Positions 1 to 12,655 of a stretch of 64,000 nt of DNA are shown here, in pieces. The position numbers and the translations under genes were made by a program. The stretch comes from Paramoeba atlantica. Lineage: Eukaryota; Protista; Discosea. Each line of letters opens with the position of its first letter. The first letter of the stretch is position 1. The notes under the pieces are model-generated. The model saw nothing but the letters and a program-made list of their open reading frames with translations. It did no database searches and was not told the DNA's origin. The DNA is taken from positions 310,001-374,000 of the forward strand of contig CDRNVI010000014.1 of the NCBI GenBank assembly GCA_977017575.1. Reading direction: 5' to 3'.

Positions 1-1116
1 TGAATGTTTCAGCACCGTGTGATGTCTCTTCTCGCAATACAAACGCACGTGGTTTCTTTTTATGTTTAACACTCTTGGAGAGCCGAAGCGATGAAGCGTG
101 AGGACCAAGAATTGCCGTGAGCTCAGGAATTCCCAATAAGTGGGAAGGGGACAGTAGCAGAGTGTCATTGAGGGAAATTGTTTTACGGAGCGCAAGAAGA
201 GGACAAGGGTGGCTTCTTGTTTTTACCTTTTCGGGAGACTCCTTATCAGTGCTTAGCAGCCAGTGCTCAGTGACGTTCTTTTTTGCTCTAATTCTCCGGA
301 CTGCATGTCGCGGCATCAGTTGAATATGGAACGGATTGCAGTAGATAAAGATGTTAGATGACCCGGTGACTTGCAGTAGCAAATCCGGGGTGAGGTAGCG
401 AATTCCTTCCTCACCTACTGGCATTGCATAGCTTACCCTGAAGGAGAACCTACCACATTCACTGTCAGTCATTTGCGACGTGATTCTAGTCATCAAATAT
501 TTGTATGTCTTTCTAGATAGGTCAACAGGGGCAAGAATTGTAGCATCTCATCACTAATAACGGAAAAAAAATAAGACAAATTATAAAGATGCGTAAACTA
601 ACAAACATACACTGTTCAGTTCCCGCAATAGCATAAAATCAAGTATCCTTAGAAAGAAGAAAGTATAAAACATGCATCACATGTATCATGTAAACGTTTT
701 CGCTTACACGCTACCAAAAAAGATCTGTTTTTGTAAAAACAACTGTTTTTGAATATGTTTGAATATAACCAGAACCCCGTTCGTAAAAGAACCCCGCTCG
801 TAATCAGAAGGAAAAAGGATAAAAAATGGATAAAAAACATGAATAAAACACAAATGGATAAGCAAAGGATAAGCAAAGGACAAAACAGTAGATAAAATAT
901 CATGCATTCCTTATACATCATAGTGTAGTGAAAATAGCATAGTTGAATTTGTTTAAAATAAATTTCTTTGTTTAAATTAATCTACACGCATACTCTATAA
1001 ATGACATTCTTTCAAATAATTGAAATTCTTTTTGACTTATTAAAAACGAATGCACTTGCGGCCATTTCAGCTGGAAACACAAATCATCATATAGGAAAAG
1101 ATTGCGCAAACTGCAT

Positions 1117-4100
1117 TCAAAGATCAACACGCCGTCCCAATCTTCCGTTCCAAGCAACGAACGCACGAAGTTTTGCCCTCGCAAGCGACTTCACGTTCAG
1201 AAATTCTTGCTTGTCCAAACTAACACGTGTCCCGTTGGGACGAAGCTTCGGGTGCCGGACGGGAATCTTAGTACGCTCAGCAAACTCCTCCATATGCGAT
1301 CGCATCGCAACTTCTAATTCCTCGAGGTCGGAAAGCCAGAAGTCCTTTGGGGAACGCTGTCTCAACATATTAGCTCGTTCCCGCAGTATGGCCACATTTT
1401 CAGCGAGAGCGTCTCGTCTTTCGGAAGAAAACGACGCCATTTTCATCCCCAAAAGATATTCGTAGGACCCGTCCACCGGATCTCTCGGGATCTTAAGCTC
1501 CACAAGTGCTTTTACAATATCTGCACCGTTACCTGAGATGTTTATCTTTCCATCCAAGATGCTTCGCAGAAACACATGCCTTCCTTCCGCGACACTCAGC
1601 TGGTTCTCCACCTTCTGCACCTCCGACTTCTTCCGCAGCTCATAAAAGTGCATCCGCATCTCACAGAAATTTTTCAACACCTCCATCGCATTCCTCATCT
1701 GAAAAATCCCCCGTGTCTTCTCCTGCACAATAAACCGCGACTTCCGGCTTCGTCCCACCAGCGACAGCAAATGGTACAGCACATTAAACCGAATCCCCAT
1801 CGAAATCACCTGCGGGGCGAGCTCAATTTCAAAATCCACTGCATCCACCGTGTGGTGCTCCTGGTAGCTTCGTATCACTCCTTTCTCCACCATGCCATTT
1901 AAAATCGCCTTATAATCCGAAGTCCACATCCAGGCCGGCAGCTCCGTCACCCGCACCGTGCAGCCATTAATCAGCGAGACCCGCCCGGTGGTGTAGTACC
2001 TGCCGCTCTTCCCAAGGCAGTGGACCTTCCCTTTGAATCCGGTCACCCAGGGCTTCAAGTCCCCAGTCATCTCCTTGCCGGATTTCAGCCAGGACCGGAT
2101 CAGCTCGATCAGCACCAGCGGGTCGTGCCCGGGAATCGAAGTGGAGAAGCCGGTGCCAATCCCGTGGGAGCCGTTCACTAAGAGGGTCGGGATCACGGGG
2201 ACGTAGAACTGGGGCTGCACGGTGAGAGCCTCATCGACCTCATGTGTGAGATTGGGCTCGTCCTCGGCACGAAACAGCAGATGGGTGATGGCACTGAGTC
2301 GGATGTGGATGTAGCGCGGGGCAGCGGCATCGACCCCTCCCTCGAGTCGGGTCCCGAATTGACCCTCCCCGAGGAGAAGGGGGACGTTGTTGGAACCGAT
2401 AAAGCTTTGGGCCATGGCGATCGCGGCGGATTGGAGGCTAACGTCCCCGTGGTGGTAGGCGGTGTGTTCGGCAATGTACCCGCAGAACTGGACGACCTTG
2501 ATGGGGTCCCGGAGGTTACGTTTGAGCGCGGCGAAGAGGATTTTGCGTTGGGTTATTTTTAGGCCATCCATGAGATGAGGGATCGATCGCGCACAGTCCT
2601 CGATGGAGTAGTGAATCATTTGGCGGTGGACAAACTGGTGGTAAGACATGCTTCGAACAGAGAAGTCCATTTGGTTGTCTTGGGTCACATTTTTCAGTCC
2701 TTCTTCGATCCATGTTCGTCGCTCAGCGGCTTTTATGTTCGCTTTGCCAAACGGAAGCTCGAGGGCGTTTTCGTCGGTGACAGGGTCGTATACGAAGGAA
2801 ATCGTGTGTGCGTCCATTTTCCTAAAGTACTCCCTAGCTTCGGTCGATGTATTTGTTCCCAATCCCTTGTAGTATTTGTATCGGTATCTTGGCTTCGGGC
2901 TCATCTCTTCCAACTCCTGGGTAAATTTAGTGTAACTCCCCATAGAATAAAACGAGCGGACTTCTCCCCTTGGCCCGAATGCCTTTACCAGCGGAGTGAC
3001 GAATTGCGCAAGAAATCCCGGGCGTTGAAACAACTGTGGAGCAACGACTTGGATCAAGTTGGCAATGAGCCCTTTGATGTGGTCGCCATCTAGATCTTGA
3101 TCTGCCATGATTAGCAACTTCCCATACCGAAGTCCGTTGGAATTCTGTTGCACAACCAGTCGATTTGAGAGGCCTTTGGTTGTTTTCAGATAAAGTCCCA
3201 GAATCGCTAATAGATTGCGCACCTCTGTGCACTCTGCAACGCTTGAAACGGATGCAGATCGGACATTCATGGGTTTTCCTCGTATGGGATATATACCGTG
3301 GTAGTCGCGACCTAACACGCTCAAGCCTGCTACGGCAAACGCCTTCGCGCTGTCACCCTCCGTGATGATCAGAGTACATTGGTTGGCCTTTTTCGTCCCG
3401 GCGTGAACAGCGTCCTCCAACTTCGGTATCAATAACGTGCTTGTCCTTGACACAACGGTGGTTTGGTGCTTCTTCATAATTCTGCTGTAACGATTCTCAG
3501 TTGCTACGAGGACGCGATCCACGATATCTGTCTCGGCCAGAAACCTGGAAATGAGAGTTTTGAGGACCGGAAGCGAACCAAACTCTTGTGTTCGGGAGCG
3601 TAATGTGGTTTTTGTTTGCGAATCGAAATGAGGGTTTTCTATCTTGCAGTTCAGAAAGAGGGAGATGTTTTGTCTCACGAGGTCTTTCGCTGCCACAACG
3701 TTTGGCATCTTTTCCTGCACGTGAGATATCACTGCAGTACTCAAGGCGTCCGTCACGTAGTTCACATGGGTCCCCCCGCGAGTAGTGTTGATGCAATTAA
3801 CAAAGCTCGTCTGGTTGTAGCCCTCGTCACTGGTACGCACAAGAACGTCCCAACGGTATGAAGACTGGGCCACAGATGGATGTGTTCGTGCTCCCGGGTA
3901 GAGGGCGCAGTACTCCTTAAAGTTGTGTACCTTGATCTGGGTGGCGTTGAGATATATGGTTGTATTGGACCCAATAACTCCAGCGAGATCCACAACACGA
4001 CGACACATGAGTTCGTACATGTCATCCGTTAGGTTATCCATCCCGAATCTAGCGTAATCAGGGAGAAAAGAAATTTTTGTATAACCTGAGTCTCCTCCCT

Positions 4101-4704
4101 CTCGCACCTCTGGAGCTGAAGCAACCATCATGTGATCTTGCCACTTCATGGAGAAGAACTGCTTCGTCGGTTCGTAATTTGTATCAACAGAAAATTCTTT
4201 AGAAAAGATATTTGTTAGCTTTGCGCCGTATCCATATCTCCCACCCGTGATTCTTTTCTTTGATTCATCGTAGTTGGAAGAGGTCAATACGTGGCCAAAA
4301 ATCATTTCTGGAATCCATAATTTGTATTTTCGATGTTTCACGACTGGGATACCAATGCCGTCATTCTCTACGCTTATTGCACCTGTTTGTCGATCGATCT
4401 CAACTTTTACATATGTTTGTTTGGCGCCTTCACGGGTCTTGTTGTCTGCTGCGTTAACAATTATCTCGTCAAAGATCTTGTACAAGCCTGGGGAATACTT
4501 TAGCTCCTTTCGCTCCATTGTATTACCTGTCTCGTCGTAAACCCAGCATAACTCTTTGGAACATGAGGTATTTCCGATGTACATATCAGGTCTGGCTAAA
4601 ACGTGTTCTCGCGGTGTAAGCTTCTCATACACGTCGTCAGGATGCTTAACGGTTCGCAGATGCAAACAAATGCGAAACAAATTGGGCTTCAAAGAGCGCA
4701 GCAT
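1117..4704 (-). CDS. TOP2: DNA topoisomerase II (type IIA), catalytically intact copy, 1195 aa, probable mitochondrial presequence
   Basis: GHKL motifs (EIIVNAADN, GRYGYGAKL), TOPRIM EGDSA, PIRGK, DQDLDG, YKGLGT, catalytic APRYI. First ATG at 4704 (MLRSLKP...); the ORF-track start at 4767 is a TTG. Confidence 0.95.
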   Translation of the reverse strand: MLRSLKPNLFRICLHLRTVKHPDDVYEKLTPREHVLARPDMYIGNTSCSKELCWVYDETGNTMERKELKYSPGLYKIFDEIIVNAADNKTREGAKQTYVKVEIDRQTGAISVENDGIGIPVVKHRKYKLWIPEMIFGHVLTSSNYDESKKRITGGRYGYGAKLTNIFSKEFSVDTNYEPTKQFFSMKWQDHMMVASAPEVREGGDSGYTKISFLPDYARFGMDNLTDDMYELMCRRVVDLAGVIGSNTTIYLNATQIKVHNFKEYCALYPGARTHPSVAQSSYRWDVLVRTSDEGYNQTSFVNCINTTRGGTHVNYVTDALSTAVISHVQEKMPNVVAAKDLVRQNISLFLNCKIENPHFDSQTKTTLRSRTQEFGSLPVLKTLISRFLAETDIVDRVLVATENRYSRIMKKHQTTVVSRTSTLLIPKLEDAVHAGTKKANQCTLIITEGDSAKAFAVAGLSVLGRDYHGIYPIRGKPMNVRSASVSSVAECTEVRNLLAILGLYLKTTKGLSNRLVVQQNSNGLRYGKLLIMADQDLDGDHIKGLIANLIQVVAPQLFQRPGFLAQFVTPLVKAFGPRGEVRSFYSMGSYTKFTQELEEMSPKPRYRYKYYKGLGTNTSTEAREYFRKMDAHTISFVYDPVTDENALELPFGKANIKAAERRTWIEEGLKNVTQDNQMDFSVRSMSYHQFVHRQMIHYSIEDCARSIPHLMDGLKITQRKILFAALKRNLRDPIKVVQFCGYIAEHTAYHHGDVSLQSAAIAMAQSFIGSNNVPLLLGEGQFGTRLEGGVDAAAPRYIHIRLSAITHLLFRAEDEPNLTHEVDEALTVQPQFYVPVIPTLLVNGSHGIGTGFSTSIPGHDPLVLIELIRSWLKSGKEMTGDLKPWVTGFKGKVHCLGKSGRYYTTGRVSLINGCTVRVTELPAWMWTSDYKAILNGMVEKGVIRSYQEHHTVDAVDFEIELAPQVISMGIRFNVLYHLLSLVGRSRKSRFIVQEKTRGIFQMRNAMEVLKNFCEMRMHFYELRKKSEVQKVENQLSVAEGRHVFLRSILDGKINISGNGADIVKALVELKIPRDPVDGSYEYLLGMKMASFSSERRDALAENVAILRERANMLRQRSPKDFWLSDLEELEVAMRSHMEEFAERTKIPVRHPKLRPNGTRVSLDKQEFLNVKSLARAKLRAFVAWNGRLGRRVDL

Positions 4705-4878
4705 GATAAAGGACTGACTGGTAAAGTATTCTAAGAAACGATTTGAAGTACAGTGCACACAATTCAATGTATCATTAATTCGTAAAACATTATGGAGAAA
4801 TGGACCTTTTTCATCGATGTCGCTATTAGGGCGTACATAGTCTATATAAGCACTCTATGATAGAGTGCTTGGTCGGAG

Positions 4879-5489
4879 GTGGGGACTTCCAAGGAAACCG
4901 TTTTTTTCAAAAAAATCCCGCTCAGTGATGCAACCGCTATGGGTTGGTACACCGCTATGATGAAGGATAATCATGAAACACGGGCAATATTTGATCTACG
5001 CTGGACGAACGATCACTGTCTTGATATTCGTGTTCCGTTCAAGTTACCATCCATCCAGGAGTTAGTAGCGCGGCTCGTGGAAATTGGGGACTGTGCCACA
5101 AAAAAGTTTCGAAATTTGCACGCAGACGTAAGAAACTGTTACTATCAAATTCCCATCTCACATGATCTGGGACGAGCCTGCTGTATCCGACTAGACCATG
5201 AAGTTCTATCCCCCAAGGTACTACCCATGGGCTACAGACATGCATGCGGAAGAGCGCAAGCCCTGGTGTGGAGTATTATTCTCCTGTCCCGAGAAAACGA
5301 CCAGCGACCAAACATTGAAGATAATGTAAATACACTGGCAGAAGCCCCCGCTTTCGTCTCCCTACCAAATGGGGGATTTATCACGGTACAAATAGACTCA
5401 ATTCTAATTATGAGCACCGCCGCAGATCTCATGTGGTAGGAAAAACGCATGAAACGTAACTTTCATCTAGCGAATACTCGCCTTAAATA
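4879..5489 (+). mobile_element. Degenerate reverse transcriptase of a VIPER/TATE/DIRS-type retroelement
   Basis: DLRWTN, ADVRNCYYQIPI, LPMGY..ACGRAQ and QIDSILI resemble DIRS-class RT motifs. The frame resumes at 6301 once the inserted TIR element is removed (NTRLKY-MKREEA). Confidence 0.7.
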
Positions 5490-6026
5490 CTGTGCCCCCC
5501 CACTTAATTGTCGTAGTCCCACCCCCTGGTCCTTTTTGGCGAGACTGGGCAGGAGGCGCCGAGAAGCGGCGCCGGATTTTTTTTGGGGGGGGACTCAATT
5601 TTTTCCCTATGAACCTGATACATACAGTATATCAGGGCCCGACGTCAGTTTGTATTTATATACTATCTAGTTCAAGTTTTTCATGTCACAATACGCTATA
5701 CCTACGTTTCTAACTTTTTTTCGGTTACTTCCTTTGTATGGATAATAGTTACTCACCCCCACCACCCCTCCCTTCTCCCCTCCCTGCGAACCGTCATTGT
5801 CCTCCAACATCACTCCCTTCCTCTCCCCTCTCTGCGAACAACCATTCCCCACCACCACCACTCCCTTCTTCCCTGCGAACCTTTCCTCCCTGCGAACCGT
5901 CATTCGCCACCACCGTCCGAATCGTCTCGCCCACGTCGCCTTGATGCTTGGGTTACAATGTGCCCTCCTACTCCACGAATCGGTGCTCTATCATACCCCA
6001 TACCTTATATCGGTTTGACAAAAGAA

Positions 6027-6085
<59 letters not shown>

Positions 6086-6300
6086 CACTACTACTACACT
6101 AGTACGGGAGAGGTAGAAAAACTACTCATACGATAAAGATAACGTTTCTGTAAAGCCAACTTTATCCGAACGCTTTGGAGATTCCTAAAATAATGAAAAA
6201 AGTTTGGGACCTTTTTTCATCTAACCAAATAAATTGACCCCCCATTTAATTGTCCTTTTTTCGAAAAAGTGGTGACAAACAAGTCGGGGGGGGGGCACAG
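5490..6300. mobile_element. Non-autonomous TIR element inserted at TA in the RT relic
   Basis: TA-CTGTGCCCCCC...GGGGGGCACAG-TA ends; carries low-complexity repeats and a (TAC)n tract. Confidence 0.8.
6027..6100. repeat. (TAC)n microsatellite
   Basis: About 24 near-perfect TAC units. Confidence 0.95.
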
Positions 6301-7100
6301 TATATGAAGCGGGAAGAAGCGTCATGCGATTTCGTCTACGGGAATCAGGTTTATGTAAAAAGATGGAGCTTTATCCTGGACTGCGGATCCCGAAAAAGTA
6401 GCGAAAAAGTGGGCTTCCATCCTAACGACCCTAAGAAACTTGTTCAGCATTGCAGGCTACATCCGACAGCTATCAGCCGTCCTCGGCATACCGAGGCACC
6501 GACTAGGCAGACTCTCGAAAGCTCAGAGTAGCCTTGACCAAGTCAGCAACTGGGACGAGAAGCGTGTTGCGGACAAAGATATGATAAACGCCAAAAATCT
6601 GGCACTACTGACGCTGCGCGAGAACCAGTGCCCGAGAGACTGGCAATTATTTAATTTAAATAATTGTCCTTTAGATTAAAGGACCCAAATGCCTAAATTC
6701 GGTCCTCTTTGCCACAGCCGATGTCACACCAGAGCGATCATGAGATACGGCACATGCCCAGAAAATATGAGGTTTTCAGGTCCCTGTCAAAATGGAAATA
6801 GCTGCAGTTGAGTCGTTTGCTATAAAAAAGGTCATGGAAATCGCTGTCACAAACAAGTTCCAGTCCATAGTCATCGGAACGGACAGCACCGTGGCCGGGC
6901 GCGCAGCAGCGGAAGGTTATTCGCGCGAGACTCCAATCGATGAAGAAGTAATCTACGTAAGTGAGTTCGAAGGAAGAATCGTTATGTGTGATATGAGAAG
7001 TGAAGAAAATGTCGCTGATATTGGCACAAGGCCACACAAAGCATACTCCGCAGTAGAGCGCCAATTTAGCTGTCAAGCTCCTGAAAAAACTTATTACACG
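6301..7100 (+). mobile_element. RT C-terminus and RNase H relic of the same VIPER/TATE-type element
   Basis: ORF 6792-7256: EIAAVE...GTDSTVA...GYSR...RSEENVADIGTR matches the DIRS-like RNase H layout. Confidence 0.7.
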
Positions 7101-7289
7101 CATGGGATGAGTATCAAAGTAAGGGTTCGACATACGTCCCGCGGAATAACAAACGACAGCGTGATCCGGAGGAGTGCAGCGAAGATGTTGATCCTTCAGG
7201 AAAGCGATAGACGATTAACGGATAAATCGTCAGAAAGATCAACAAATTTGTATTAGATTTATGATTGAGGTATTAGAATAGGATACATG

Positions 7290-8110
7290 TGAGGGGCTGC
7301 GGGTGGGGATTCGGTGCGGTCTCGGTGCGGTGTACCTACACACAGTGCAAGAACTACAGTGCAAGAACAGGAATGCGGAGTGTGGAATGGGTGGGGGTGG
7401 GGGGCAGGGACGTAGAAGGCGAAGGCGAGGCTTCATGAATCCGGACGTAGTTGGAGAGGAAATCTGAATGAAATTTACGGTTAGTAACAAATCTATACGG
7501 TTATTTACTAAGAACTGGAAAACGAACGCGCATCTAAATCGGTTGCGGAATGCGCTCGACTGATTCGGGTCTACGGTCATGAAGAGTTGCAAGAGGAAGG
7601 AAAGTTGTTTTTAAGCGAATGTAAGGAATTGCACGCAGCCCTTCGCCGTTTTTCAGACTCAAAGCGGGTACGAACTGCGACACGCGTTTTTCGGCTTCGT
7701 GAGACTGCTGCTTCTCCAAATGCCCCATCTGGATTGAGTGATGCCATTGAACGAAATTGGAGCCGGCTTGAGAGAAACCACGACATGAAGATTTGGCAGG
7801 ACGTTATGTGGTTCTCTCCTATATGCATAGTGAATTATTTGCGCGTACGGGGCGCTAGTCCCTTATCAGTGCATCGCGCCAACAACCTATTTTGCCGAGA
7901 TGAGAGTGAAGATTTGTTTGGCATTACTGAGATTGCTTGGAATGCTTTTGTTACCGCTAATTATCACATAAGCCCCGTCAAGCACACGAACGAGCACGTG
8001 TGGTGGGAGGACATCGGGCGGACAATGTTTCCGGCAGTGTACCGGGCAGCGAAACATTGGATTTGGCTTCCTTCTGTAGTAACGCAATGTGAGTCGTGAC
8101 TTTCAGGGTT
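7290..8110 (+). mobile_element. hAT transposase relic (C-terminal dimerisation domain) with a GAGGGGCTGCG terminus
   Basis: WWEDIGRTMFPAVYRAAKHWIWLPSVVTQCE fits the hAT WW..FP.L..A...P.TS..ER pattern. The same terminal motif recurs near 18551, 34565 (reverse) and 40206. Confidence 0.65.
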
Positions 8111-9087
8111 AAGTAAGTAGTACAGTAGTCGACAAGTCAGCACTGGAGATTCTGCAGTTACCCAGTGTGATCTTGTGTACGCTGTGTTACCCAGTACAAC
8201 CTGTGCTACCCAGTGTTACCCACAGAAGGCTTTTGCAAGGTCACTGGTGGTGACCCCCTCTGCAATGGCAGGGGTGGCCGACAAGCCAACCTGGAGGTTG
8301 GTGCCAGGCGGTCGAAAATAGTGGGACCGGTGTAGGTCTTTTTTGAGATAGTCAAAAGTATAAGTGAACAATGAAACGAAAAAGGTTTAGCATTCATCGA
8401 TATCCGTGGCTAAATTGACAATGTAGTCCTCAACCTGGGTTAGTACAACTCTATTTTCTGGCGTGCCATTACGTCGCCTCTTTTGGGATGCGCGACAGCC
8501 AGGTTTGGGATATCTTGAAGATTGGGCTTTATGTAAAGCAATTTCTCTTTTAAATTAAAAGCTGTCAGGAGATCCACAACATTGTTCAAGCTTGAAATGT
8601 TCAGGCAAAAGTTTTTCCGACATTCGATGTCGTGGCCTTCGTTCTGGTGTAGGAATGGTGCAATTTGAAATTCTCTGCTCTACGGGGGTTGGTTGCGGAG
8701 CTCCTATTGCAATGCGAAGAGACGTGCGTTCTTCGCTCCGCTCCGAGACACTCAGACCCGCGGCTGATGAAGTTCCTGTTGGAGACTCATTCTCCTCCGT
8801 TGGCTGTGAATTCGTCTGTGTGTGTCCGTGTCTGCTTACGCGAAATCGCTTTCCCATAAAGCAAAAAGAGAAATGAAAGTCAGGAAAGAATGTAATCAGA
8901 TGAAACACTATATTAAATTTTACTAGTTTCGTTTGGTAAGTACATATAAATATTTTTTTGCTGTACACCTGTTACGAAACGGGTTACCAAAAAAGTGTGT
9001 AAGTGGCTAACTTACACGTGTGCGTACACACATACACGCGGAAGGTGTGTTTAATGGCCTTGAAACCAGAGGTCCCTAAAACTATTA

Positions 9088-9416
9088 CTGTACCCCCCAC
9101 TGTTTATAATAGCCTCGCCCCCCCCCCCTTTATAGGTTCTATTTTTGGCAAACCGGGGAAGATTTTTTTTTGATTTTCTTGCACCGTCTTAAACTTTTTG
9201 ATATTTTCTCATAGTTCTGCGAGGTATGGCGCGGGGTGGTGCTGGATATTTTACTTTGGCAGATCGCCGGGGACCACTTAGCGATTGAATAATTCCTGGA
9301 TCCTCGCTCCAAAATGTAGGACGATTTCTGTGCCAACTTTAATCTTCCATCGCCCTCCCCCCTTTATGGGTTCATTTGGGCAAAATCGAGGCTATTATAA
9401 ACGGGGGGGGGTACAG
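9088..9416. mobile_element. MITE, 329 bp, TA-flanked
   Basis: TIRs CTGTACCCCCC...ATAATAGCCTCG; a sister copy spans 36792-39051 (interrupted). Confidence 0.85.
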
Positions 9417-9451
9417 TAATAGTTTATAGTGTTTCAAGAAAAATTATGGTA

Positions 9452-9634
9452 CTGTCCCCCCCCTTTATGCGCACCCGGTCAGCCCCCCCCCCCCCGTTTA
9501 AGCGCACATAGAGTTGAAGGAAGGATCCCGGCGCCGCGAAGCGGCGCCAATTTTTTTTTTATGTAGTGATTCAGACCCCCCCGTTTAAGCGCACTTTTCG
9601 CGGAAAACGAGGTGCGCTTAAACGGGGGGGACAG
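9452..9634. mobile_element. MITE, about 180 bp
   Basis: CTGTCCCCCC...GGGGGGACAG ends; reverse-orientation sister at 54328-54500. Confidence 0.8.
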
Positions 9635-10375
9635 CACTATAAACTTCGTTTATAGTACTATAAACACTACCCCTGTGTATACAGGGTGGATCAGCTAATG
9701 CTAACTAAATTATATTATGTTTCTCAGTGTTTCATGCCCAGGAAGGCACGCGGTAGACAGATCGGTGGGTGGACCCGGAGAAATTTCGCGGGGCAGGAGA
9801 GAGCCGATGGAGGTGTAGAGGCCTAGAAGGGTCATGAGATGTCAGGTGGTATGATGAGGGGTGTGGCACGTCGTGCGGCAAGTGGTGTGGATACGCCTTG
9901 CGCGGAGGAAAAACTCGCAACTTTTTCCCAAAATGCTCTTTCCTTGTGCCGCGCAAACAGCATTACATTCGCAGAGAGGAGGACGTTCCGTCATGAGGGA
10001 AAGCGCGCAGTGCGACAGGCGACGCCCTGGGCTTACTGTATTAAGGGCCCGAGGCGCATATCCTTCTGGAGAGGCCAGGCGGAAAAGGAGAAAAGCCGGA
10101 AGGCGGAGCACCAGTAGTCCACTGCAGGAAGGGGTTAAGCTTCCTGGCGTCTTCCTGGCGGGGGCGTTCGGCCGGGAGTGACCGGCTGCACAGGAGGTGC
10201 GAGTAGGCGGCCCCTACTCGAACGAAAAAGAGGGACAGCTTCAGCGGCGAAGGCGGGTCCCGGAAACGGGCATGTTTGAGTAAAGTATACATACCCGTTT
10301 CCGGGGAGAAAGAAGAGCTAGTAAAAAGTACCAACAAGGTACAGGAACTGTATCTTTGAGATAACGCAATCTGAG

Positions 10376-10800
10376 ATAAGTTTAGTAGATTATCATCAAC
10401 TTTTCCTATTCTTTTTTACCCTAAATGGATTGCCCGGGCTGCTCTGATTTTTCATGTACCGATAAGTAGTCTTATACCTTGCTTTGTTTGGCAACGGAAG
10501 ACAGCATCATATCGTGGATACAAAATCATGCTCTTATGTATCAGGCTGTTACTTATTCCAAAGGTCATGAGCCGCGGGTATGTGATCTTAAGGAAGAACA
10601 TTGGTTGTGTTCCGATCGTAGAAGGTGCCGCGGCAAAACATATTTTTTGGAACCTCTTCTGACGGCCGCACATGGGCGCACCGCGAATCAGCTTTTTAAA
10701 GTTTTATACGGCATCGCTTCCGGAAATAGCCGGTTACAGATCTCAACGGAGAGTGGACTTGGGCCAAAAGCGATCACTCGACTCACAAACACGCTAGAAT
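10376..10800 (+). mobile_element. Merlin/IS1595-like transposase N-terminal zinc-ribbon relic
   Basis: KGHEPRVCDLKEEHWLCSDRRRCR; second copy at 51337-51745 (CSKGHE...WLCSDRKCR). Confidence 0.5.
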
Positions 10801-11053
10801 TTTATTGCGGTGGTTGTATAATTACCGCTCTACCCTCGATTATTGAAAAAAAAGTGAACAAAAACAGTGAAAATATAAAGAGGAACACAGTAATCAAGGA
10901 AAATTATAATCAAGGAAAAAAGGAGCTTGGGACCTATACTAGCTTTTTCCGCAGTTGTTTTCGCAAGATACCCCTCCTTCGAGCCGTGGGGCGCCACTTA
11001 AAATGACCCATTTTTGACTAAAAGAGGTGAAAAAGTATTTTTCGGACCCCAAA

Positions 11054-11610
11054 GGGCCTTTTCGTGTCGAAAAAATGGTGTCGTTGGAGTTGCATTCTCT
11101 ACCCAATACGTTCGATAGACTTTCATTCATGTCTACGAGTGATTTCCCACGCGCAAATGTCGGATTTAGTGCTCTGAGAGCAAAAATACCCAAAAAATGA
11201 CCCGATTTTTACCCAAAACAAACGGCTATTTTTGGCCATAATCATTCTGTTTTCTTCAGCTTTACAGGCCAAATATATTTTTTAGGCTCTTCGTTAAACG
11301 CGGTGGTTGTTTTCAACTTAGAAGTCACTCATGCTGCGCGCTTCGCGTTGAAAACTGGCACCGCGTTTAACGAAGAGCCTAAAAAATATATTTGGCCTGG
11401 AAAGCTGAAGAAAACAGAATGATTATGGCCAAAAATAGCCGTTTGTTTTGGGTAAAAATCGGGTCATTTTTTGGGTATTTTTGCTCTCAGAGCACTAAAT
11501 CCGACATTTGCGCGTGGGAAATCACTCGTAGGCATGAATGAAAGTCTATCGAACGTATTGGGTAGAGAATGCGACTCCAACGACACCATTCTTTCGACAC
11601 AAAAAAGCCC
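11054..11610. repeat. Foldback: near-perfect 252-bp inverted arms with a 53-bp spacer
   Basis: 11054-11305 is the reverse complement of 11359-11610 with few mismatches. Confidence 0.95.
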
Positions 11611-11949
11611 ATTTGAATACGGACGGTAGGGACAAATATTTGACAAAAAATTGATTTTTTTCGTAAATGATTCAAAAGTCCTTTTAAATGTTTTTATGGC
11701 ATTTGCAGGTTCATACAGCCATTTTAAGCGTTTAAAAGAGACATCACCGCCCGCCCAGCTACCGTCACCCATCCCAGCCACGATCCCCCATCCAGCCACC
11801 CGCTCAGCCCCTCGAACCAAATCTCGCTTACTGGGGCCCAATCTCTCTTACGGGACTTACGGTAATAGTGGGCGGTCTAATACTCCGAGAAATTCGACCA
11901 GTCAGCTATCCACGAGGAAGAACAATGGTTAGTGATCCATACAGCTGCT

Positions 11950-12135
11950 CCGAACCCACACAGACCCTCCGAATAGGTCTGAGGTCTGGGGGACCGACTC
12001 GGACCCCCCCGCATGGAACCAACTCCCGTACCCGATGTGGTCGTTAAACAACGTTAAACACGTCGGCAGAAACTGGTAGAGCCGTTCGGACCTCGCACCC
12101 CCAAACGTCTGTGAAGGGCCTGGCGTGTCACCCTT
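11950..12135 (+). mobile_element. Diverged relative of the SINE-like body at 33008 and 45690
   Basis: Shares GACCG...GGACCC, GAAACTGGTAGAG, CGG.CCTCG and TGTGAAGGG.CTGGC in the same order. Confidence 0.55.
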
Positions 12136-12655
12136 GAAGGAGGGTGGCAACTTCCCAAAGGGGCAACATCCTGAGGGAGCCAGCGGCCAGCCGGGGGGAC
12201 CCGGTGCCCTTCATTCACTCAGAAACGCATTTGCCGTCCTGCGATAGTCATCTGCGTTTGTCAGGTAAGAAAATGTTGATTTCATGTGGTGATTTCATGT
12301 GTGGTTTCAACACGTCTCGAAGAAGGGGTATCTTGCGAAAACAACGGTGGGGAAAGCTAGTATAGGCAAAAATTCCGAAATTTTTGGGATAACCCCCTAA
12401 AAAAATTGACCAAAAAAAGTAAGAATATTTCTTTTTCAATTCTCATCGATTCTTAAAACGTATTTTGAGTTTGCGACCTGAGCTACCATTCTGTGATGTC
12501 TTTCTCGACAGATTCGCCTCCTACCCTTCTACGACTCCTACTGGTAAGGCGTCACAAATGGCCCAAATTTGGGGCACAATTTCACAATTTTCCCCGAAAA
12601 ATCGAGCTTTCTCATCCAAAAAATAGATTATTCATGATCTTTTGGCGATTTTTCG

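Noticed and set aside
4705-4767. N-terminal extensions from ORF-track TTG/upstream starts (TOP2, COX15, LRR)
   Set aside because: Non-ATG or pyrimidine-tract sequence not conserved between paralogs; the downstream ATG is preferred.
5948-6136. Poly-tyrosine ORF
   Set aside because: Translation of the (TAC)n microsatellite.
8270-8312. ingi/L1Tc 77-79 bp signature
   Set aside because: Only partial similarity (GCCAACCT...TGGTGCCAGG); the rest of the signature is absent.
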